Source: Octopus sinensis | Lineage: Eukaryota | Reading direction: 5' to 3' | DNA: 16,195 bases | NCBI RefSeq assembly: GCF_006345805.1 | Contig: NW_021825118.1 | Location: forward strand, 1 to 16,195 | In this document: in pieces, positions 9,290 through 16,195 of the stretch | Layout of the letters: each line of letters starts with the position of its first letter | Position numbering within the stretch: position 1 is the first letter of the stretch | Notes under the pieces: model-generated | What the model was told of the DNA's origin: nothing | The model's input: only the letters and a program-made list of their open reading frames with translations | Database searches by the model: none | Program-made: the position numbers and the translations under genes

Positions 9290-9686
9290 TAGCTTATCCA
9301 GATTATTACTCAGGTATCTACTTGGAATTATTACTCAATTATGTATGTGTTAGCTTATCCAGATTATTATGTATGTGTATATTATGTGTATATTATTATG
9401 TATTATGTATGTGTATATTATTATGTATATTATTATGTATATTATTATGTGTATTATGTGTATATTATGTGTATATTATGTGTATATTATGTTTATTTTA
9501 TGTGTATATTATGTATATTATGTATGTGTATATTATGTGTATATTATTATGTATTATGTATGTGTATATTATTATGTATATTATTATGTGTATTATGTGT
9601 ATATTATGTGTATATTATGTATATTATGTATGTGTATATTATTATGTATGTGTTAGCTTATCCAGATTATTACTCGGGTATTTACT
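9290..9686. repeat. Complex attatgt(gt)at patchwork repeat bracketed by direct repeats
   Basis: 33-bp repeat at 9290-9322 and 9654-9686 (2 mismatches). Exact 32-bp repeat at 9338-9369 and 9641-9672. The interior is built from attatgtgtat, attattatgtat and attatgtatgtgtat units. Confidence 0.9.
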
Positions 9687-9789
9687 CACAAGTGCACCAG
9701 TTATTATCGGTAAAAACGTGAACTTTTAATCTGGATGTAGAAGTTAGACGTTTCGAAACAGTTGTCCATAGATAACCTCTTTCTCTTTG

Positions 9790-10963
9790 ATTTTCGATAA
9801 AAATCATCTCCTTCGAAATAGTTACCTTGCGCAACAATAAACCCGTCGGTCCCAGCGTTCCTGCCACTTTTGGAATCCGGCCTGGAAGTCGTTTTCCGTA
9901 AGCGAGTCGAGGACCTTCTACGAATCACACTGGATCTAGACAACGATGTTAAAACAGCGACCTTTGAGCTGTATTTTCATCTTCGGGGAGAGATGGAAGT
10001 CCGTGAGTACTAAATCTTGCGAATAAGGCGAATGCAGAAGCGAGACCATGTTTTTTGCGAGAAACTCACGAGTGAGGAGAGCTCGGTGTATTGTGGTCGT
10101 GAAGAATGCAGTTCTTCGTGTCCAACAGATCTGGTCGCTTTCCTTAAATGTCCTCCCACAAACGCTTCAAAACGTCGCAGTAGAACTCTCGATTGACCAC
10201 CTGGCCCTGGGAGATGAATTCCCGATGCACAATACTGCGGATGTCGAAAAAGATGACGAGCATGCTCTTGATTGAGCTGAGGCTGTGTCGTGCCTTCTTC
10301 GGTCGTGGACATGAAGGCCTCTTCCACTGTGACGATTGCTGCTTCGTCTCAGGGTCGTACCGTAGACCCACCCCTCATCACCGGTGATGATCCTAGACAT
10401 GAAGAATGGGTCATCAGTGGCACGCTGACGGAGAACTTGACAGACTTTGAATTGACGTTCTTTCTGCTCAGTGGTCAGCAAGCAGGGGACAAACTTGCCA
10501 GACATTAGGATTGCCTGCACGGACCCATACGACGGACCAACATCATCAGCAATGTCGTTGATTGTTCTCCGACGATCAGGCACAAGCTGATGAATTTTAT
10601 TTACGTTTCCGGTGGTGACGCTCGTGGAAGGACTTCCAGATCGCTCATCGTCTTCCAGGGACGTTTTTCCGCTTTTAAAGCACTTGGTACCACATAAAAC
10701 ATTGCATACGACCCATTGCCTCATTGCTGTAAGCTTACCGAAGCATGTTTAATGCCTCTGTAGCAAACTTCCCCAAATCGCAGACTACAGCATACATGTG
10801 ATCGCAAAGAACAAATTTCCCAACTCGCGAAGTCTGTACTGCGATGTCACTCGGCACACTTCCTCATGAAGGTCACCGCTAGCTCTCACTGCGCACGCAA
10901 CCGTGTGCTGCCATCTGATGGCGCGCTACAGAACTAGTCTGGGAACGTTTTGATACCACCTCG
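9790..10963 (-). mobile_element. Decayed mariner DNA transposon, one TIR retained
   Basis: A mariner-like terminus cgaggtggtatcaaaacgttcccagact (reverse complement of about 10936-10963) lies upstream of the transposase. No matching TIR was seen at the other end. Confidence 0.9.
9806..10780 (-). pseudogene. Mariner transposase pseudogene
   Basis: Across stops and frameshifts: LGKFATEALNMLR*AYSNEAM, FKSGKTSLEDDERSGSP, KFVPCLLT, IITGDEGW, YDPETKQQSSQW, ILHDHNTP, HSPYSQDLVLTDF, QKWQERWD and AQGNYFEGD (ends 9806). Confidence 0.95.
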
Positions 10964-11072
10964 TGTTCCTTGTGGTGATGTTTGTGCATGTATTAAGTAA
11001 CGGGAAATGGTCCCTGTATTTGCATGCATATATCTATGTATGTATATATGTACGTAGGTATGTGTCTTTCAT

Positions 11073-11372
11073 CTTTTACTTGTTTCTGTCATTAGACTGC
11101 GGTCATGCTGGGGCACCGCCTTAACGAATTTATAATCGAATGAGCTGACCTCAGTACTTTTTTAAAAGTCTGGTACTTATTTTATCGGGCCCTTTGCTGA
11201 ACCGCTAAATTGCCAAGCGCTGGTGGAGGACAAACACACACACACGTATGTATGTATGTATGTATGTATGTATGTATGTATGTATGTATGTATGTATGCA
11301 TGCATGTATGGATATATACATAGAGAGAGAGATAAAAAGAAAGGGTTTCTGTCTACCAAATTCACTCACAGG
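11073..11372 (-). mobile_element. SINE family B, 5-prime truncated, with internal (CATA)n
   Basis: ttttacttgtttctgtcattagactgcgg...gcaccgcc and gtctaccaaattcactcaca are reverse complements of tail and core segments of 13794-14162. Confidence 0.8.
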
Positions 11373-11394
11373 GCAAAAAAAATTTCTAATGTTT

Positions 11395-11515
11395 GTGGTG
11401 GTGGTAGTGGTGGTGGTAGTGGTAGTTGTAGTAGCAGCTGTAGCAGCAGCAGCAACAGCGGCAGCAGCAGCAGCGATAGTGGCGGTGGTGGCGGCACCAG
11501 CAGCAGCAACAGCAA
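11395..11515. repeat. (GGT)n/(GCA)n trinucleotide tract
   Basis: Directly visible. It gives the poly-G/S and poly-V/A ORFs. Confidence 0.9.
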
Positions 11516-11774
11516 AATAAGTGGGATTTTCACCATTTGTTTACTCGTCCAATCTAGGTTTCACTCTACCATTTATTCAAAACAACCGATGTCCATTATT
11601 CGTTCATTTATTGCTTGGTACATTACCTGCCACCATAAATATTAGATCAATGTGGGGCGTGTGATTATTAAATTTGAAAACGTATTCATATATCTATTGT
11701 CGAACAATCTGTCATTACTCAAGTGAATGATTATAGGTAAAAATATTAAGAGAGGGATGAGAGAGAGGTATACG

Positions 11775-12122
11775 TAAACCTACGAAGCAAACATACAAAC
11801 ATGTCGATTCTTATCTATTTTCTTGTAGAAGTTACGAATAGCTTTAATCGATTTTCGACCCTTATTATGGTCTCATCAGGTATCTAAATCACTTAACAAA
11901 TTTCAGACAAACAAGTAGCTATTTTGTTTATATACATATCAAATCTAGTAGCTTCAGGGATTTGCAGCTACTAATTTGTGATCTATAAGTGTTTAACGCT
12001 TTATTTAATATCAGCGGATTGATATTGAATAATGAATATCAAGGAACTCGCTCCACAGTATCAAAATAAGTTTTATTAAACCTACGCTGTAGTCATACAA
12101 ACACATCAGTTTTACCTATTTC
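11775..12122 (-). mobile_element. Older terminally redundant unit of about 302 bp with a minus-strand hammerhead
   Basis: Diverged direct repeats taaacctacg-N7-catacaaaca...ta(t/c)ctattt start at 11775 and 12077. Internal hairpins include tagtagct(11946-53)/agctacta(11966-73). Confidence 0.5.
11836..11890 (-). ncRNA. Type I hammerhead-like motif HH4 (helix I decayed)
   Basis: Minus strand: CTGATGA (11879-73) gacc-ataataag-ggtc GAAA atcgat TA. Helix II is a perfect 4 bp and helix III is palindromic (aatcgatt), but the flanks pair poorly. Confidence 0.5.
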
Positions 12123-12814
12123 TCTATCGACTGAAGGGAAAAAAATGAAAGAGATGAGAGAGGAGGAAAAGGCAAAAGAATAAATGGGAGAAAGAATAGA
12201 AAAATATGACAAAAGACGAGAGAGAAAAACTGAAAGAAATAGACAGATAGTAAGACGTGCGCTTTGCTACTGAATCATAAATGTCGTCAATAATACAATT
12301 AGATTTAAGTACAGAAAAAATTTTTTATTGAAGTATGTAAAACAGAAAGGAAAACAAGTATGTTTAAAGCATTGAGATTATAAAACTGATAAGAAGCACT
12401 GATGAAGGGGGCGGAAAAGCATGACTGAGAAGCAGGGAGAACTGGAAGCTGAAAGAAAGAATATTTGTGAGTGCGAAACTGAAGAGAGATTATTATATAT
12501 TTATTAGGGATGGATATTGAATAATGAATATTGTTTTGAAAGGAAATATAAAGATCTAGAAAGGTAATGTAAGGTTAATCTTCTGTAAGGGATAAATATT
12601 AAAAAATGATGCATGCTATGTTTTCGGTTTTATTTTTAAAATATGCACAAAAGAAAAGTATTGATTTTCTAACGTCTTGAATTAGATCTCTTAAAACCTG
12701 CGATGCACTGTTTGAGAAAGTCTGCTCTATGTGGTTGTTATACCTGTTATAAATAACATCAATTATCCTTCATATTTCCAGTCTGGACGTGAGACGTTCT
12801 TCCACAGCGGTTTT

Positions 12815-13215
12815 GGAGCCGCAACCAAATTCACTCCCGAGGCAATGGTCAGCCCGGGACTATAGTATATGATATATAGGCGGCGAGCTGGCAGAATCGT
12901 TAGCACGCCGGGCGAAATGCGTAGCCGTATTTCGCCTGCTGTTACGTTCTGAGTTCAAATTCCGCCGAGGTCGACTTTGCCTTTCATCCTTTCGGGGTCG
13001 ATAAATTAAGTACCAGTTACGCACTGGGGTCGATGTAATCGACTTAATCCCTTTGTCTGTCTTTGTTTGTTCCCTCTATGTTTAACCCCTTGTGGGCAAT
13101 AAAGAAATATATATAGTATATGATATATAGTATATGATACTAGCCCATAGTGGAACTGAACCCGAAATCATGTGATCGTAAAATGAGCTACTTAAACACA
13201 TGGCCATACCTGCGC
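12815..13215 (-). mobile_element. Older SINE family B copy interrupted by a family A insertion
   Basis: accaaattcactcccgaggcaatggtcagcccgggactatag on the left and tagtggaactgaacccgaaatcatgtg...ccatacctgcgc on the right are collinear pieces of the reverse-complemented family B head and core. Confidence 0.8.
12880..13111 (+). mobile_element. tRNA-derived SINE family A, full length, with a 19-bp TSD
   Basis: Head gcggcgagctggcagaatcgttagc, B-box gagttcaaatt, tail type 1. TSD tatagtatatgatatatag at 12861-12879 and 13112-13130. Confidence 0.95.
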
Positions 13216-13429
13216 GTAAAATTTTTAAAATTCTGTCATATTGAGCACATTGAAGATTATCTAAAACAATTGTTATTCGGTCCTGAAGAGCAATTTTCGA
13301 AACTAGGCAGAGTCTGCGTAATAGGCCTATGTAAGCACTGACTGCATTATTGCAAAATTTAAATAGAAAGAATTACAACTGAGAATAGAGCGATTTGATC
13401 GAGTTATTAGACCTTCAGACGATTCTAGT

Positions 13430-13495
13430 ATCTTGCGCTCTGAGTTCAAATCCGGCCTAGGCCAACTTTGCTTTTCGTCCTCCTTAAGTCGATGG
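13430..13495 (+). mobile_element. Degenerate SINE family A fragment
   Basis: gctctgagttcaaatccggcctaggccaactttgcttttcgtcc resembles the family A B-box region. Confidence 0.6.
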
Positions 13496-13544
13496 TGGTA
13501 GAAAACTCTCCAGAGAGCTGAACAGCAGGTCTTCGTTTGGTATA

Positions 13545-13759
13545 CAGGGTGTCCATAAATTACCGTTACAATTTAAAAATTCAGAAAAATAAGGATACCT
13601 CAGCAGGTTGCGTGCAGCCAATGGAGCCCCACGTAGAAGTATTCCGATATTTCTAATCAAACTTTATTTGTTTACCTAAGTTTTCCAATAATCATTGCTG
13701 AGTTATTCTTTCTCTTTTCTGAATTTGTCAAATTGCAAAAGTAATTTATGGGCATCCTG
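13545..13759. mobile_element. Tc1/mariner-type MITE (215 bp)
   Basis: TA at 13543-44 and 13760-61. TIR cagggtgtccataaattac matches the reverse complement caggatgcccataaattac (2 mismatches) and extends imperfectly to about 44 bp (...aaattcagaaaa). Confidence 0.88.
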
Positions 13760-13793
13760 TATTTGTAGACAACTTAGTTGTGATGTATAAACA

Positions 13794-13945
13794 GGCGCAG
13801 GAGTAACTGTGTGAGAAGTAGCTTGCTTACCAGCCACATGGTTCCGGGTTCAGTCTCACTGCGTGGCATCTTGGGCAAGTGTCTTCTATTGTCAACCAAA
13901 GCCTTGGGAGTGGATTTGGTAGACGGAAACTGAAAGAAGCCTGTC

Positions 13946-14014
<69 letters not shown>

Positions 14015-14162
14015 TGTTTGTCCCCACTCCCAACATCGCTTGGCAGCCGATGCTGGTGTGTTTACGCCTCCGTAAAATAAGTTCTAGGCTTACAAAGAAT
14101 AAGTCCTGGGGTCGATTTGCTCGACTAAAGGCGGTGCCAAATGACTGAAACAAATAAAAGAA
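13794..14162 (+). mobile_element. tRNA-derived SINE family B, near full length, with internal (TA)n(TG)n
   Basis: tRNA-like head ggcgcaggagtaactgtgtg...gggttcagtctc. The segment cttgggcaagt resembles the CORE motif of MIR-type SINEs. Microsatellite at about 13947-14010; tail ends gactgaaacaaataaaag. Confidence 0.9.
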
Positions 14163-14376
14163 TCGGTTTCAAATTTTGACACAAGGCCAACAGTTTCGAG
14201 GAGAGGGTAAGTCGATTACATCAGCGCCAGTACTCAAATGGTACTTATTGTATTGACCCTAAAAGGAGTTAAAAGCAAAGTCGGTCTCGTGGAATTCGAA
14301 CGCAAAATGTTAAGACGGCCGAAATATTGCTAAGCCTTATTGCCCGGCATGCTAATGATTTGACCAGTTTGCCCAC
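14163..14376 (-). mobile_element. Older SINE family A copy with tail type 3
   Basis: Reverse complement reads gggcaaactggtcaaatcattagcatgccgggc...gcgttcgaattcc...gatgtaatcgacttaccctctcctcgaaactgttggccttgtgtcaaaatttgaaacc. Confidence 0.82.
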
Positions 14377-14744
14377 CTTGTGATGTGTGAATATCAAAAA
14401 TTGTATCTGTCTCTTCAAAAATCGTAGTTTCCGATCTACGGCCGTCTGGGTTACACGTTCGAATTACATGCCCAAGCATGCTTCCACTGCGTCACTCGGT
14501 TCAACCAGTAATTAAGCAAATATCTAATACATTATTTCTTATATAATCTGTATCCTGAGTTGCATAACTTCTATTAAACTATCCATCATATGTTATTTAT
14601 ATTTATTCATTTCTCTGTCTCTATGTATTGGGTTGTGTCAACTGTACACAATATTGTAACTACACTAAAAGCAGCTGCTAGGATGATAATTTAGTTACTG
14701 AAAGGCGACATTTTGCTCTGCTGATGCTTCAGCTGCTTCATTTG

Positions 14745-15107
14745 GAGGCGTAGTGGCCCAATGGTTAGGGCAGTGGACTCGTGGTCTGAGGATCGCGGTT
14801 TCGATTCTCAGACCGGGCGTTGTGTGTGTTTATTGAGCGAAAACACCTAAAGCTCCACGAGGCTCCGGCAGGGGGTGGTGGCGACCCCTGTTGTACTCTT
14901 TCGCTCCAACTTTCTCTCACTCTTTCTTCCTGTTTCTTGTTCCTACGCAACCGCTGAGCCTGGATGCGCATTCATCCATCCGTCGATGCTCTCGGTGTCG
15001 GGGGTTGACCTGCTTTCTCTTCTGCGGGTCTTACGAATAGCAAAGGACCACGTTTCGGACTTCTCCCACTAGCTCTGGGACGAAGACCACTTCGCTCAAC
15101 AAACACA
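14745..15107 (+). mobile_element. tRNA-derived SINE family C, full length, with a 10-bp TSD
   Basis: A-box region tagtggcccaatggttagg with D-stem gccc/gggc and B-box ggtttcgattc. Tail caacaaacaca. TSD gcttcatttg at 14735-14744 and 15108-15117. Confidence 0.88.
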
Positions 15108-15314
15108 GCTTCATTTGACAAATCACATACAGAGATCTACGCATTACAAACTCTTCTGGGTGTTTCTTCATTTGCCAATTACTGAACAACCAGAAAGCAA
15201 ATCAATTCTGTGAACATTTCCCCGGTGTGGCATTGTCAGTCTTAATATAAAAAACAAGAAAATGTGTTACTGACAAGCCAAATATAGCCATTTCCTATTT
15301 AGTTACGGCTCTTT

Positions 15315-15370
15315 AGGTTATGAGTTCAAATCTTAACAAGGATCGATTTTTGCCTTATATTTTTCCGGGA
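15315..15370 (+). mobile_element. Very degenerate SINE family A fragment
   Basis: tatgagttcaaatcttaacaaggatcgatttttgcctt resembles ctgagttcaaattccgccgaggtcgactttgcctt. Confidence 0.45.
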
Positions 15371-15940
15371 CGCCATAATATTCGTAACAGTCAGATAATT
15401 GAGGCTAATTAAAGCCATTATACTGCGAGCGCCGTGGCCTCGTTCCAAATGTGTTTCAACTGGGGGTGGAGGGCATCGATGCTGCAGCCAAATTTACTTA
15501 AGAATTTTTAATTTACACATTTCACTACCATTTTGTTTATCATTGTCTTTTTGGTTTTTTTTAAAACGTCCATTTTGTTAAATTACAAAACTGTTCACTT
15601 GCCAAGATAACGAGATCAAGTAGAATAGCTTCATACATTTAAATAATCACCAGGTGGCAGCAGTAGACTAATTAGCTTCCAGCAAAGAATCTGGAAATAT
15701 TGGTGTATAAGTTTAGTGGCTGACGATGCGGTAGAAAACGGAATCAGAAAAGAACGAAATAAGAAATTTAAACTCAGTTAAGATTTGTACTCTATGTTTG
15801 AAATTGTCAATGGCTGTAAACATATGCCTAAGTTCCTTTTGAAATATTGGAAAATACTGCCTATACCAGATTAATTTTTCACTATTTTTCCGGCTTTATA
15901 ATTTAAGTTCTAAGGGATATAACTCTTTTACCTTTTCACT

Positions 15941-16147
15941 TGTCTGTCCTTGTCTGTCCTCTCTGTGATTAGCCCCTTGTGGGTAGTAAAGAAATAGGTA
16001 TTTCGTCTGCCGCTACGTTCTGAGTTCAAATTCCGCCGTGGTCGACTTTGCCTTTCATCCTTTCGGGGTCGATTAAATAAGTACCAGTTACGCACTGGGG
16101 TCGATATGATCGACTTAATCCGTGTGTCTGTCCTTGCTTGTCCCCTC
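15941..16147 (+). mobile_element. Circularly permuted SINE family A monomer (tail, then body, then tail start)
   Basis: Starts in the tail at tgtctgtccttgtctgtcctctc (15941), crosses a tail-to-body junction at about 15997, and ends at tgtctgtccttgcttgtcccctc (16125-16147). Confidence 0.88.
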
Positions 16148-16195
16148 ATCAACATCATCATCGTCGTCGTCATTTTTATATAATTTCCTTTTGAT

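Noticed and set aside
9280-9729. Tyr/Val/Cys/Met-rich ORFs, and a possible CRISPR-like reading of the direct repeats
   Set aside because: The ORFs are products of the patchwork repeat. There are only three irregularly spaced repeats, the interior is low complexity, and the context is eukaryotic.
9700-9800. Left mariner TIR
   Set aside because: I searched for a match to cgaggtggtatcaaaa and found none, so no complete element or TSD is claimed.
12375-12405. CTGATGA-agggggcg-GAAA
   Set aside because: Helix II cannot form and there is no UH or helix I.
12770-12850. Possible exon after the ttccag acceptor at 12782
   Set aside because: It runs into a SINE relic, with no convincing reading frame or partner exons.
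13280-13312. CTGAAGA-gcaattttc-GAAA-ctag-gc
   Set aside because: Suggestive palindromic ending, but helix II is 1 bp, the U of the cleavage triplet is absent and helix I does not pair.
14745-14820. Possible tRNA gene
   Set aside because: The D-stem pairs but the acceptor, anticodon and T stems do not. It continues into a SINE body with a TSD.

Overview
AT-rich, microsatellite-dense eukaryotic DNA with no supportable host protein-coding exon. All long ORFs in the track are simple-repeat artefacts or transposon relics. The repeat content looks like an octopus (cephalopod) genome; this is recognised from memory and not verified. The window holds three tRNA-derived SINE families (about 14 copies or fragments, including a head-to-tail cluster, a nested insertion and a circularly permuted monomer). 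It also holds a 392-bp non-autonomous Helitron with canonical TC...hairpin-CTAG ends, a decayed mariner transposon, a Tc1/mariner-type MITE, a fold-back element, and a frameshifted R4/Dong-like reverse transcriptase relic that the ORF track misses. The main finding is four unrelated type I hammerhead-ribozyme-like motifs (1312-1351, 5047-5126, 6991-7026, and 11836-11890 on the minus strand). Two sit inside terminally redundant 432-bp and about 302-bp hairpin-rich units that resemble retrozyme or Penelope-like monomers. The hammerhead at 5047-5126 is structurally the best. All structures were paired by eye; none was computed or tested.
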